A stretch of DNA of 64,000 nt from Gemmatimonadaceae bacterium (GCA_045803545.1 JBJMOW010000004.1:64001-128000), one strand, 5' to 3'; counted from the first letter of the stretch, positions 29,216 through 39,246 are shown. The notes: generated by a model from the letters alone, not told the origin. A program made the numbers and translations.

Positions 29216-30118
29216 TTACGCTCCGATCGGATGCCAGGTCGTCTTGAACTCGATGAAATCGCGGATCTCATACGCGCCCTGCATTCGCGCATCGAGCCAA
29301 TCGATATCATCGCGCTTCCGCGCCCGCACGCGCTTGATGCTCTCAGCGGCACCGAGTTGCAGCTGTTTTTTCTCTTCCTGGTCCACGATGGCATTGACGC
29401 CGCGGATGTGGGTGTGCGTCGCAAACGTCGCCATCAGCTCTTTCCTGAATCCCGTGAGAATGTTGACGACACCACCAGGCAGATCGGAAACGGCGAGTTG
29501 CTCGCCAAGCACGATGGCAGGATACGGAAACTCCTGCGACGCGAGGCAGACGCAGGTGTTGCCGGCGACGATCACGGGAGCTATCTGACTGATCAAACCG
29601 AGTAATGGCGCCGCGTCATCGGCGATGATGCCGATGATCCCCATTGGCTCGGCGACCGTGAAATTGAAAAACGGTCCTGCAACGGGATTGGTATTACCGA
29701 GCACCTGTTCGTATTTGTCCGACCAGCCCGCGTAATAAATCAACCGATCGACACTCGCCGTGACTTCTTTCGCTGCGACCGCCTTTGTCGCCGCACCAGA
29801 GATCACGAGCGCTTCCGCCATCTCCGCACTGCGCGACTCGAGCATCTCGCCGAGCCGATAGAGAATCTGCCCACGGTTGTACGGCGTGCGCTGCGCCCAA
29901 TCCGGCCCCGCCTTCGCCGCTGCTTCGACAGCGTTGCGCAAGTCTTTGCGCGTGCACTGCGGAATGTTGCCAAGCAATCGCGTTTCCTTAGCGCCGCCTC
30001 CCGCCTCTCGCCTCCCGCCTCCCGCCTCTCGCACAGGAAACACCCGCCCGCTCTCCGAGCGAATGAACTGCCCGCCGACGTAGACCTTCGGGGTCTTGGT
30101 TACCGGAATGCGCGCCAT
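29216..30118 (-). CDS. Truncated aldehyde dehydrogenase-family protein
   Basis: NAD-binding ALDH half (LPGGVVNILTG). No catalytic Cys region. Confidence 0.85.
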   Translation of the reverse strand: MARIPVTKTPKVYVGGQFIRSESGRVFPVREAGGGRREAGGGAKETRLLGNIPQCTRKDLRNAVEAAAKAGPDWAQRTPYNRGQILYRLGEMLESRSAEMAEALVISGAATKAVAAKEVTASVDRLIYYAGWSDKYEQVLGNTNPVAGPFFNFTVAEPMGIIGIIADDAAPLLGLISQIAPVIVAGNTCVCLASQEFPYPAIVLGEQLAVSDLPGGVVNILTGFRKELMATFATHTHIRGVNAIVDQEEKKQLQLGAAESIKRVRARKRDDIDWLDARMQGAYEIRDFIEFKTTWHPIGA

Positions 30119-30119
30119 G

Positions 30120-31622
30120 TCAGACCACCTTCCCGTAATCCATCAAACCTTGCCGTCCGCCTTCGCGACCGAAGCCCGACTCCTTGTAGCCGCCGAAAGG
30201 CGAGGAAGGATCGAACTTGTTGAAAGTGTTCGCCCACACCACACCCGCCTTGAGCAGCGTACTCATCTTGAGAATCCGCGAGCCCTTGTCGGTCCAGACA
30301 CCCGCCGACAACCCGTACATGGTGTTGTTTGCTTTTTCGACCGCCTCTTCGAGCGTGCGGAAGGTCAGCACGCTGAGCACCGGGCCAAAGATTTCTTCAC
30401 GCGCGATGCGGTGACTCTGCGTCACGCCAGTGAACACCGTCGGTTTGAAGTAGAATCCGCGCCCTGGCAGCGTGCACGCCGCCGATTGATACATCTCGGC
30501 GCCCGCCGTCACGCCCGAATCGACGAGCTCGCAGATCCTGTCCAGCTGTGCCTTGGAGTTTATCGCCCCAACATCGGTGTTCTTGTCGAGCGGATTGCCG
30601 ACACGCAGAACGTCGATGCGGTTGCGCAGCTTGGCGACAAACATCTCCGCGATCGATTCCTGCACCAGCAGACGACTGCCTGCGCAGCACACATGACCCT
30701 GGTTGAAGAAGATGCCGTTTACGACGCCTTCAACCGCCTGATCGGCCGGCGAGTCGTCGAAGACGATGTTCGCTGCTTTGCCACCGAGCTCGAGGGTGAG
30801 CTTCTTGTCGGTGCCAGCGAGCTGCCGCATGATGATCTTGCCAACTTCGGTCGAGCCGGTAAACGCAATCTTGGCCGGCGTCGGGTGAGTCACTACGGCC
30901 GCGCCCGTCTCTCCCGCGCCGCAAACGATGTTCACCACACCCGGCGGCAGCTCAGCCTCCTGCAACAGCTCCGCGAACTTGAGCGCGGTCACCGAGGTCG
31001 TCTCGGCAGGCTTCAGTACGACCGTGTTTCCCACCGCGAGCGCGGGTGCAATCTTCCACGCCAGCATCAGCAACGGGAAATTCCACGGTATCACCTGGCC
31101 GACAACACCCAACGGCGCGATCGTCGCGCCCGGCACCGCGTACTCGAGCTTGTCTGCCCATCCGGCATGATAAAAGAAGTGCGCGGCGGTCATCGGCACA
31201 TCGAAGTCGCGCGATTCCTTGATCGGCTTGCCGCCATCCATCGTCTCGGCGACCGCAAACTCGCGCGCGCGATCCTGAATCAGGCGCGCAATTCGGTACA
31301 GATACTTTCCTCGCTCGCTCGGCGCGAGCTTGCTCCACGGACCAAACGCTTTCTGCGCTGCCTGATAGGCGGCGTCGACGTCGGAGTGATTTGCCAACGC
31401 GATCTCCGCCAGCGATTCCTCGGTCGCCGGATTGATCGATGGAAAGTATTTGCCGGACTTCGGCGCTACGAATTTGCCGTTGATGAAAAGATCGTAGCGC
31501 GATTTGAGTCGAGGATCCGCGGTCTCGGGCGCCGGATCGTATTGCCAGAGATCGCCGAAAATCAGCTGCGGGACCGAGCTGCTTCCCGCCTGTCCCCTGG
31601 TGACGGCCCTCGTTGATGTCAT
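30120..31622 (-). CDS. Aldehyde dehydrogenase
   Basis: PWNFP, FTGST, LELGGK, GHVCCAG, EEIFGP. Confidence 0.95.
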   Translation of the reverse strand: MTSTRAVTRGQAGSSSVPQLIFGDLWQYDPAPETADPRLKSRYDLFINGKFVAPKSGKYFPSINPATEESLAEIALANHSDVDAAYQAAQKAFGPWSKLAPSERGKYLYRIARLIQDRAREFAVAETMDGGKPIKESRDFDVPMTAAHFFYHAGWADKLEYAVPGATIAPLGVVGQVIPWNFPLLMLAWKIAPALAVGNTVVLKPAETTSVTALKFAELLQEAELPPGVVNIVCGAGETGAAVVTHPTPAKIAFTGSTEVGKIIMRQLAGTDKKLTLELGGKAANIVFDDSPADQAVEGVVNGIFFNQGHVCCAGSRLLVQESIAEMFVAKLRNRIDVLRVGNPLDKNTDVGAINSKAQLDRICELVDSGVTAGAEMYQSAACTLPGRGFYFKPTVFTGVTQSHRIAREEIFGPVLSVLTFRTLEEAVEKANNTMYGLSAGVWTDKGSRILKMSTLLKAGVVWANTFNKFDPSSPFGGYKESGFGREGGRQGLMDYGKVV

Positions 31623-32563
31623 CAGTAGCTCTCCGCCGCCTCAGTGAAGTAGTAAGGAGCCTGATACGCTCCCGTCTTTTCTTTCTCGATTTGCCGCAGC
31701 AGATCGTTCAGTAGTGAGCTCGCCCCAAAGCGATAACGCGACGAGTTGAGCCACGCGTCACCGAGCGTTTCCTTGACTGCCACGAGATAGTGCAACGCCT
31801 GCTTGGCGGTTCTGATTCCGCCGGCCGGCTTCATTCCGATTGGAATTCCCGTCGCGAGATAAAAATCCCGAATCGCCTCGACCATCACCTGGGTATTCGC
31901 CAGCGTCGCGCTACCCGATGCTTTGCCGGTGCTGGTCTTGATGAAGTCACCCGGTCGAATCACCTGCATCGCCAGGAACGACGCCGCGCGAATGTTGTCG
32001 TACGTGTCGAGCTCGCTGACTTCGAGAATGACCTTGAGCTGAGCGTCGCCGCACGCTTCGACCACCGCGCTGATCTCGTCCTGCACCGCGCTGAACTCGC
32101 CGGCGAGGAAGAGTCCGCGGTTGATCACCATATCGATCTCGTCGGCGCCGTCACCGACAGCAGTGCGCACCTCGCTTAAACGAAGCTCGAGCGGGCTCTG
32201 CCCCGAGGGAAAGGAAGTCGCGACTGATGCGACTTTGATCGGCGTATCTGCAAGCCAACGCGCCGCGTGCTTTACCAGAAATGGGTAGATGCAAACCGCG
32301 GCCACCGGCGGAACGTCCGGATCGGCGCTCGGGCGTCTCGCCTTCTGGCACAAGGAGGCGATCTTCCCGGGTGTATCCTTGCCCTCGAGCGTCGTGAGAT
32401 CGACCATCGAGACGGCAGTTTTCAGCCCCCAGACCTTGGAGCCCTTCTTGATACTGCGTGTTGTGAACTTGGCGACTCGCTCCTCGATACCAACCTGATC
32501 GACGGTACCGATCTCATCGAACAGTTTGCTGAAACTCGAGCGAATTGTCGCGGCAGTAGCCAT
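31622..32563 (-). CDS. deoC: Deoxyribose-phosphate aldolase
   Basis: DLTTL, GADEIDMV, KVILE, FIKTSTGK, KPAGGI, RFGASSL. Confidence 0.95.
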   Translation of the reverse strand: MATAATIRSSFSKLFDEIGTVDQVGIEERVAKFTTRSIKKGSKVWGLKTAVSMVDLTTLEGKDTPGKIASLCQKARRPSADPDVPPVAAVCIYPFLVKHAARWLADTPIKVASVATSFPSGQSPLELRLSEVRTAVGDGADEIDMVINRGLFLAGEFSAVQDEISAVVEACGDAQLKVILEVSELDTYDNIRAASFLAMQVIRPGDFIKTSTGKASGSATLANTQVMVEAIRDFYLATGIPIGMKPAGGIRTAKQALHYLVAVKETLGDAWLNSSRYRFGASSLLNDLLRQIEKEKTGAYQAPYYFTEAAESY

Positions 32564-32613
32564 GGTTCTAATATTGTCTGCCGACTCAGGCATTACCAGT
32601 TTACTTTGGCATA

Positions 32614-33306
32614 ATGGCCGACACACGCCCGTACGCTGTCCTGTTCGACCTCGACGGCACTCTCGTCGACTCGATCGCTTTACTGCTCGCGTCGATGCGC
32701 CACACATTTCACGGCAGAGTGCGCCAGCCGACAGATGCCGAGTGGATCGAGGGAATCGGCACCCCGCTGCCCAAGCAGCTCACGCCCTACGTTGAGTCCG
32801 ACGAGGATCGCGAGCGCCTCGTGAATCGCTATCGCACGTTCCAGATGGAGAATCACGACAAGCTGATGGCCCGCTATGAAGGCGTGATCGACACGCTCGC
32901 CCTGCTCTATCAGCGTGGCCACCCGATGGGCATTGTCACCAGCAAAGGCAACTCGATGATGGAGCGCGGGCTCAAATTCATCGGCGCTGACGATTACATA
33001 GAAGTCGCGATTGGCTACGACTCCGTCCACATTCACAAACCGGATCCTTACCCGGTGAAAGCGGCACTCGAAAAACTCGAATACGGGGCCGACGAAGCTG
33101 TATTCGTCGGCGACTCGCCCCACGACGTCAAGTCAGGCAACGCCGCTGGCGTGATCACCATCGCAGCCCTTTGGGGGCCGTTCACAAAGTCCCAGCTGGC
33201 GCCGTTCAACCCCACCCATTTCCTCGATGACATCAAGCAGCTGCCGCCGCTGCTGGACCGGATAGCGGGAGCAGGGAGGGGACAGGCGGGAGGCGGTGAC
33301 CACTAA
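32614..33306 (+). CDS. HAD-family phosphatase (PpaX/Gph-like)
   Basis: FDLDGTLVDS, KPDP, VGDSPHD. Confidence 0.92.
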   Translation: MADTRPYAVLFDLDGTLVDSIALLLASMRHTFHGRVRQPTDAEWIEGIGTPLPKQLTPYVESDEDRERLVNRYRTFQMENHDKLMARYEGVIDTLALLYQRGHPMGIVTSKGNSMMERGLKFIGADDYIEVAIGYDSVHIHKPDPYPVKAALEKLEYGADEAVFVGDSPHDVKSGNAAGVITIAALWGPFTKSQLAPFNPTHFLDDIKQLPPLLDRIAGAGRGQAGGGDH

Positions 33307-33435
33307 GCGGCGACGACTAGACGCGATTCCTTCCCTCCCCGCTTCCCGCTTCCCTCATCCCGCTGTCCCCTCCCGCACTTCGCGTCCCGAGCGGGGTAAT
33401 ATATTTCGCACGTTTGACCTCTCAGGAGTTACTCA

Positions 33436-34107
33436 ATGGGTGTTTCGTATCAGACCGGTACTCTAGTCCGGACCGGCGAGGAAAGAGCGACGCTAGTTCG
33501 GCGCACTTATGCGCTGGTTCTGGTAAGTGTGATCGTGACAATGGTGGGAGCGTCTTTCGCGCTGTCTCAGCCGCGACTCCTTCAGGCTGTCATCGAGCAT
33601 CCGTGGCTCGCCCTCATCGCCGCGTTCGTGCCGCTCTTCGCGGCGTCCGCGAAAAAAACCGATTTCCCGTTCAACATCGGCCTCGTGCTGACGTTCAACT
33701 TCGTGATGGGCGTCATCATCTCGCCGGCGTTGTACTTCTCCGAGAGATCGCAGCCAGGTTTGATTGGTCAGGCCGCCGTTCTGACTCTTGGCGCGTTCGG
33801 CATTCTCACGCTCTATGCTTTCGTCAGCCGTCGCGATTTCAGCCCGTGGGGCAGCTTCCTGATGGTCGGCCTCTGGGTGCTGATCGGCACTTCGTTGCTG
33901 AATCTTTTTTTCCAGAACGCAATCGTCGGTACGTGGCTCGCCTCGGTAACAGTGCTGCTCTTCAGCGGCCTGCTCGTCTTCGACACCTGGCGCCTCCGCA
34001 ACTTCTATGGACCCGACGAGTACGTCGGCGCCGCCGTCCAGATTTATCTGGATCTGCTGAACATCTTCATGGCGATACTGCGCGTGATGTCGAACCGTAG
34101 GAACTGA
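33436..34107 (+). CDS. Bax inhibitor-1/YccA family membrane protein
   Basis: About 7 TM, YLDLLNIF. Confidence 0.9.
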   Translation: MGVSYQTGTLVRTGEERATLVRRTYALVLVSVIVTMVGASFALSQPRLLQAVIEHPWLALIAAFVPLFAASAKKTDFPFNIGLVLTFNFVMGVIISPALYFSERSQPGLIGQAAVLTLGAFGILTLYAFVSRRDFSPWGSFLMVGLWVLIGTSLLNLFFQNAIVGTWLASVTVLLFSGLLVFDTWRLRNFYGPDEYVGAAVQIYLDLLNIFMAILRVMSNRRN

Positions 34108-34327
34108 GGACTGCGGACTTTAACTGATAACGACCTCGCTATTAGCTGATAGCAGCAGGCTGTTAGCTGATGGCTGCCTGCGTAGGGACAGAACTCTAGG
34201 CATAAAAGCGAACATAACGCCTTTCCTCCGACTCAAGCGCGATCTGTCCCGTCGCTTGCAGCGACTAGCTATTAGCGAGCTGCTATCAGCTACTAGCGAG
34301 GTCGTTGTCACTTGAGTCCGCAGTCCT
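34107..34327. repeat. Long imperfect inverted repeat (~70-bp arms) between convergent genes
   Basis: 34107-34177 pairs with the reverse complement of 34258-34327. Confidence 0.85.
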
Positions 34328-34613
34328 ATCTCTCTGCCAACCGCTCCATCTGCTTAGCAAGATCAAGATCGCTTTGAGTTATCCCGCCAGCGGAGTGTGT
34401 GCTAAGCGAGCACACTATCTTCGTGTACCGGATATCGAGGTCCGGGTGGTGGTCCGCAGCTTCCGCCGCTTTCGCGACGGCGACCACGAAATCGATCCCG
34501 GCCATGAACGTCCGGAACTGATAAGTCTTCGTGATCACATCACCACGCCGGCTCCAGCCCGGCAGGTTTCCGAGCTCACGCTGAATTGCAATGTCAGATA
34601 AACGATCAGCCAT
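34326..34613 (-). CDS. phhB: Pterin-4-alpha-carbinolamine dehydratase
   Basis: AEAADHHPD, LSTHSAGGIT. Confidence 0.92.
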   Translation of the reverse strand: MADRLSDIAIQRELGNLPGWSRRGDVITKTYQFRTFMAGIDFVVAVAKAAEAADHHPDLDIRYTKIVCSLSTHSAGGITQSDLDLAKQMERLAER

Positions 34614-34656
34614 CGATGCACCGCCCGGCGTGAAAGGCACGGAGTCCAAGATACGT

Positions 34657-35268
34657 TTGCATAAGCGACGCGCAATCGCTGCATTTGCCGTCGTGATCGG
34701 CGCGGCATCGATGCCGACTCGATTGGCCGCACAGCTGTCGCCCTATTCTGCAACTTCCAGTCAACCGAGCGGCTATTGGTCCAAGGTCGCCATCGGTTTT
34801 GGAATCAGCCTTCTCGCACACGAGAGTGCGCACATCCTCAGCTCACTGGCAATGGGATTCCAGCCGTCAGTGGGGTTCGATCACGGCCGGCCCACCGTAT
34901 ACTCGGGCATCGACAGCCAAAAGTATCCGCACAAGCAGTTCATTTTCTCGGCCTCCGGCCTCACCACCCAGGCATTGATCGACGAGTTGATTCTCGACGT
35001 ACCGCACTCGCGGGGCGGCGCGATCGAGCGCGGCATTCTTGCCGGAGGAATCGGCACGACGCTGTTTTACATCACCATCGGCCGCAACGGCTCAGTGAGT
35101 GACGTGAGCTTCATGTCCCGCATGTCTCACATGTCGAAGACCCAGATCTCACTCATTTTCGGCGGGGTCAACGCGATCCACGCCTTTAGAATCTCGCGTG
35201 ATCCGGAGTTCGATCATTTCTTCGTCGCGCCGTCTGGGGATGGAGCGCGGATAGGGCTGCGCTTCTAA
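34657..35268 (+). CDS. Hypothetical exported/membrane protein with HExxH motif
   Basis: AHESAH within a hydrophobic helix. Start uncertain. Confidence 0.65.
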   Translation: MHKRRAIAAFAVVIGAASMPTRLAAQLSPYSATSSQPSGYWSKVAIGFGISLLAHESAHILSSLAMGFQPSVGFDHGRPTVYSGIDSQKYPHKQFIFSASGLTTQALIDELILDVPHSRGGAIERGILAGGIGTTLFYITIGRNGSVSDVSFMSRMSHMSKTQISLIFGGVNAIHAFRISRDPEFDHFFVAPSGDGARIGLRF

Positions 35269-35349
35269 TCCGAAGCGCGTACGTATCTCGAGAAGGCGGT
35301 GGGCGATCCTTACGCTGGCGGCCCAAGCCGTTTCGGTCTATATTCGGGT

Positions 35350-36432
35350 ATGGCCAAGCTCAACGAAACCGGCCTTTTCGGCGAAGCCTACGAGCGCCAA
35401 TCGCGCCAACTCCCTGTCATCGGCGAGCAGAAGGACATCCGCTACTACGCTTCGCCGGCCAGGAGCGTGCTCAATGGACCCGAGACAACGGGGATGGGCT
35501 TCTGGTCGATCAATCCGTACATCGGCTGCGCTTTCGGCTGCGCCTACTGCTATGCGCGCTACACCCATCGCTGGGTGATGGAGCGCGCTGCGGACGATCA
35601 TAGGATGGTGCAGGAGCTCGGCGATGCGTACAACAAACTGCCACCGTGGCTCGCGTTCGAGCGAAACATCTTCGTCAAGAAAAACGCGCCCGAGGTCTTG
35701 AGCAGGACCCTTCGCTTCGGCAGTGATCGGCACCTCCGCTTACTCGAAGGCGAGACTATCGTCGTCGGCACCGCTACGGATCCGTATCAACCCGCCGAGC
35801 GCAGATTCCGCGTCACTCGCGGGATACTGGAAGTTCTCGCCGATCATCCGGGATTGTCGGTGACTATCATCACCAAGAGTCCGCTGATCACGCGGGACAT
35901 CGACTTGCTGTCGCGAATCAATAGACACTCGGATCTGTCGATTCACATTTCGTTGATCACACTCGACCGCGATCTTGCTCGACGCATCGAGCCGCGCGCG
36001 CCGACACCTGAATCACGAGTGCGTGCGCTGTCGCGGTTGCGCGAGGCCGGCATCGACGCCGGCATCAACTGCATGCCGGTTCTTCCCGGCATCACCGACA
36101 ATCCATCGGATCTGGAAGCCCTTGTGAAGCGTGTCGCCGAGGCGGGCGCGACGTATGTCGGGGCGTGCGCGGTGAGATTGAAGGCGGCAGCGAAGAAGCG
36201 CTATTTACCGTTCATCGAGCAGGAGTTTCCGCACCTCGCTGAGCGATATCGCAATACTTACGGCAACAGCGCTTATGCTGGCGAGAAGTATCGCGAGGGC
36301 CTGGCGCGTTTCTTCGACAAAATCACCGCGAAGTACGGAGTGCGCGGCTGGTCAGCGCGCGATGATGAGGACGAAGGGGACGAGGCGCTTGGTGCGCTCG
36401 TCCCCTCGATGCAACTCAGCTTCGATTTGTAA
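35350..36432 (+). CDS. Radical SAM protein (SplB-like/Rv2578c family)
   Basis: INPYIGCAFGCAYCYAR, TDPYQPAE, TKS. Confidence 0.9.
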   Translation: MAKLNETGLFGEAYERQSRQLPVIGEQKDIRYYASPARSVLNGPETTGMGFWSINPYIGCAFGCAYCYARYTHRWVMERAADDHRMVQELGDAYNKLPPWLAFERNIFVKKNAPEVLSRTLRFGSDRHLRLLEGETIVVGTATDPYQPAERRFRVTRGILEVLADHPGLSVTIITKSPLITRDIDLLSRINRHSDLSIHISLITLDRDLARRIEPRAPTPESRVRALSRLREAGIDAGINCMPVLPGITDNPSDLEALVKRVAEAGATYVGACAVRLKAAAKKRYLPFIEQEFPHLAERYRNTYGNSAYAGEKYREGLARFFDKITAKYGVRGWSARDDEDEGDEALGALVPSMQLSFDL

Positions 36433-36452
36433 GCGAACCTACCAAGAGCTAA

Positions 36453-36863
36453 TCAGCCAGCTTTCTTAGCGGCTGCTTTTCTGTGGGCCTTTGCCGCCGA
36501 AGCGTGCTCTTTATGCTCGGTCTTCGTGCTCTCCCCTTCCGCTGCTGCTTCGGTAGCCATGCCGCCACCGGCGGTGGCAGTGCCGCCCGCAGGTGCTGCC
36601 GGCGCATTGTCGTTCGGCCCGAAGCCAATGTTCATCGCCTGAAGCAGCGCCGACGCGTTGTTCGCAGAATTGAATTTCTTGGCGCACGTCGCGATCGCGC
36701 GACGCGTCTGCGGACCGTAGTGGCCGTCAACGTTAGTCACTCCGCATCCCTGGTCACGGAGCTCTTGCTGCAGTGCGAGGAACTGGATTCGGTTGAGGCC
36801 AGCCTGAGCAGAAGCCAGGGCTGGGACAGCCATTAACGCGATTACAGCGATGGTCTTCTTCAT
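36453..36863 (-). CDS. Secreted peptidoglycan-binding domain protein
   Basis: Signal peptide, LQQEL...VDGHYGPQTRRAI. Confidence 0.8.
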   Translation of the reverse strand: MKKTIAVIALMAVPALASAQAGLNRIQFLALQQELRDQGCGVTNVDGHYGPQTRRAIATCAKKFNSANNASALLQAMNIGFGPNDNAPAAPAGGTATAGGGMATEAAAEGESTKTEHKEHASAAKAHRKAAAKKAG

Positions 36864-36924
36864 ACCTAAAACGCCTCCGATCAGGATTGGTCTCTACTTA
36901 AACAGTAAAGAGTTGCCGTGCAGT

Positions 36925-36972
36925 TGCAAGGTCTACGCCGGTTGCGGAACTCTCGCAGCAATGTCTACGCCG
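36925..36972 (-). promoter_or_regulatory. Tandem sigma54-like motifs (15-bp direct repeat)
   Basis: Minus strand CGGCGTAGACATTGCT and CGGCGTAGACCTTGCA, both GG-N10-GC. Confidence 0.5.
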
Positions 36973-37000
36973 CACTTCGAGATTTCACTGCTGAAGTTGA

Positions 37001-37039
37001 CAAAAAAACGCCCGGCTTTCAAGAAGCCGGGCGTTTTTG
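37001..37039. terminator. Rho-independent terminator
   Basis: A-run, CGCCCGGCTT-loop-AAGCCGGGCG, T-run. Confidence 0.85.
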
Positions 37040-37059
37040 CTCAGGAGAAAAACGGAGTT

Positions 37060-37485
37060 TTAACGAAGAGCCTGGATGATCAAAGCTCCAACTGCCAGCA
37101 ATGCGACGCCGATTGCGATCGCCGCCACAGGCGTGATCTGCTGCTGCTTCCACCAGCTGTTGGCGGTGCCAGGGGTATCAGGCAACGAGGCCATGATACG
37201 CTGCTGTACACCAACCGGAGTCACGCGCCGGCGGAGCATTTCGCTCTCGGCGTTGATTCGCGTCCAAAGCTCAACCTTCGACTTGCCCTCGACTTCGCTG
37301 GCGCGCATGACATCGACTTCACCGTCGAGCCAATCGTGCAGCAAGCTGTGTGCGGTCGAAGATCCACTGAGGGGAACTTCGCGGTCGTAGAGCGGCTCAG
37401 CGGGCTTGTTGTTGTCCCGTCTGATGCCCTGCTCGCGACCAGTGATTTTGTCGTTTCTTTCGAACCCAGCGTCGTCAAACATCAT
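37060..37485 (-). CDS. Putative anti-sigma factor (single C-terminal TM)
   Basis: ATGA overlap with the ECF sigma gene. LHDWLDGE motif and TM helix. Confidence 0.7.
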   Translation of the reverse strand: MMFDDAGFERNDKITGREQGIRRDNNKPAEPLYDREVPLSGSSTAHSLLHDWLDGEVDVMRASEVEGKSKVELWTRINAESEMLRRRVTPVGVQQRIMASLPDTPGTANSWWKQQQITPVAAIAIGVALLAVGALIIQALR

Positions 37486-38093
37486 GCGTACTTCTCCTCG
37501 AGCAGTTGTTGGAGCGCCTCTCGCGCCCGATGCACTCGCATCTTTAGCGCGCCAACCGTTGTTTCCAGTAACAGCGCCATCTCTTCGTACGACCTTCCCT
37601 CGACGTGCTTCATAACGAATGCTTCACGCAGCGAGGGAGCCAACCGTGCAAGTGCAACTTGTAGATCAGTCCGCAGTTCATTGCGGTCCATCTCTTCTTC
37701 CGGCGTCGAGTACGTCGAGGGCTGATCGTCCTCGTCATAACTCACGTGCGTACGCCGAATGTTTTTCAGCCAATCTTTGCAACTATTTGCGACGATTCGG
37801 AAAACCCAGGCATCAAATCGACCGCGAACTTCGCCCAGATGCTGATAGGCTTTTATAAAAGACGCTTGGAGTATGTCTTCCGCCACATCCGGGCTTCCGG
37901 TCATCCCAAGTGCATGTCGGTACAAGGGATCACTGTAGCGAGTAATCAGTATCCCAAACGAATCCTTGTGACCCGCCAGAACCTTGGAGATAACCTCCTG
38001 ATCGGCGTCGACTTGCGGCACCCCGTCGGCCGGGTTCGAACCCCCGGACCCAAGTCCCTGAGCACCTTCATTTTGCAGCGGCGTGGCTGTCAT
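37482..38093 (-). CDS. ECF RNA polymerase sigma factor
   Basis: AEDILQASFIKAY, FDAWVFRIVAN, SYEEMA...GALKMRVHRAR. Confidence 0.93.
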   Translation of the reverse strand: MTATPLQNEGAQGLGSGGSNPADGVPQVDADQEVISKVLAGHKDSFGILITRYSDPLYRHALGMTGSPDVAEDILQASFIKAYQHLGEVRGRFDAWVFRIVANSCKDWLKNIRRTHVSYDEDDQPSTYSTPEEEMDRNELRTDLQVALARLAPSLREAFVMKHVEGRSYEEMALLLETTVGALKMRVHRAREALQQLLEEKYA

Positions 38094-38212
38094 TTTCACC
38101 TGCCTAGTGTAACCCCTTTGCCACCGCCTGTATAGGGTCAAATGGCGTTGGGATAACACCTTATCACCGTTACAAGGCACTGACGAACGAGCCTTCGTGG
38201 AAGCAACCAAGT

Positions 38213-39241
38213 TTACCGAAGACGCACCATGTAGAGGTGCTCCTGGGCAAAATCCCGGTGGTATTTCCGACCCTCGTGATCGCTGTCAGCCCGGTATCGA
38301 CGGTAGCGTTGGGTGAAGTGGGAAACCCTGCCGTCGACGGCTGCTTTTCTTAGCAAAGTCTCCAGGGTTTCGGGGTCGAGATGACCCTCCGAGTTGAAGC
38401 TCACCAGCGCATGACGCGCACCACTCTCCGACAAAAGTCCCGCGAACAACTTCTGGACGCGCCGGCCGTGAGACCACTGACTTCGCCCCTCGTCGCCAGC
38501 CAGCAGTCCCACCTTGCCACGAATCGCCGGATCTCCGTCGGACCAACCCCGGGCAAGGATCTCCGGGATGTGATAGTAGGCGACGTACTGCCGCGAATTG
38601 TACGGCGGATCGATGTATATGAGATCGACCTCGCCGATCGCACGTGCCGCATCAGCCGCATCCATGAGATGAGCGACCGCGGGTCTGCCCCGCACCGGTG
38701 CGTCGACGCTGACTGAGAACGCTCGCCTCGCGTTCGGCTGCCAACGCTTCATGTACGAAGCGTACACTCCGGCGGTGTTCGCAACGCGATCGGCTCCCTC
38801 GATGATCCCCGCCAGCAGCAGAAAATAAGCGTCTTCCCTGACCGCGCCCGACTTGCGCCATCGCTCGAGCTCTTCCCGCGCCGCGTCGATCCGCGCCGCA
38901 TTCTCGACAGTGAAGTACATCCTGCCCGCGCTCGCAACGCCACCGGCTGGAGTGAAATGCGTGCTGATGAAACCCTCGTGAGGTGTCACATGTGAAAGCA
39001 CGAGCGCCTTCTCGTTGAGTGAAGGGTCAGCGCAATCGGCAACTACATAGGCGCGCTGGAACACGTAGGACGACATCAGCAGGTCGCTACTATATACCTG
39101 CCAACCCTTCTCCTTCAGTGCGCGGCTGACACTGGCGGTACCGGCAAACGCATCGTGGACTGCGCCCGCACCGATGCCTTCCTTCTCGAGCGTACGCAGG
39201 ATGAACGGAAGCAGGCGCGTTTTGTTGCCGATGTACCTCAT
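38213..39241 (-). CDS. Orphan DNA adenine methyltransferase (alpha class, D12/FokI-like)
   Basis: MRYIGNK, DAFAGTASVS, YIDPPY. Confidence 0.9.
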   Translation of the reverse strand: MRYIGNKTRLLPFILRTLEKEGIGAGAVHDAFAGTASVSRALKEKGWQVYSSDLLMSSYVFQRAYVVADCADPSLNEKALVLSHVTPHEGFISTHFTPAGGVASAGRMYFTVENAARIDAAREELERWRKSGAVREDAYFLLLAGIIEGADRVANTAGVYASYMKRWQPNARRAFSVSVDAPVRGRPAVAHLMDAADAARAIGEVDLIYIDPPYNSRQYVAYYHIPEILARGWSDGDPAIRGKVGLLAGDEGRSQWSHGRRVQKLFAGLLSESGARHALVSFNSEGHLDPETLETLLRKAAVDGRVSHFTQRYRRYRADSDHEGRKYHRDFAQEHLYMVRLR

Positions 39242-39246
39242 GATGC

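Noticed and set aside
30096..31616. 506-aa plus-strand ORF
   Set aside because: Antisense shadow of the aldehyde dehydrogenase in high-GC DNA.
36850..37725. 291-aa plus-strand ORF
   Set aside because: Crosses a terminator and is antisense to the sigma/anti-sigma pair.
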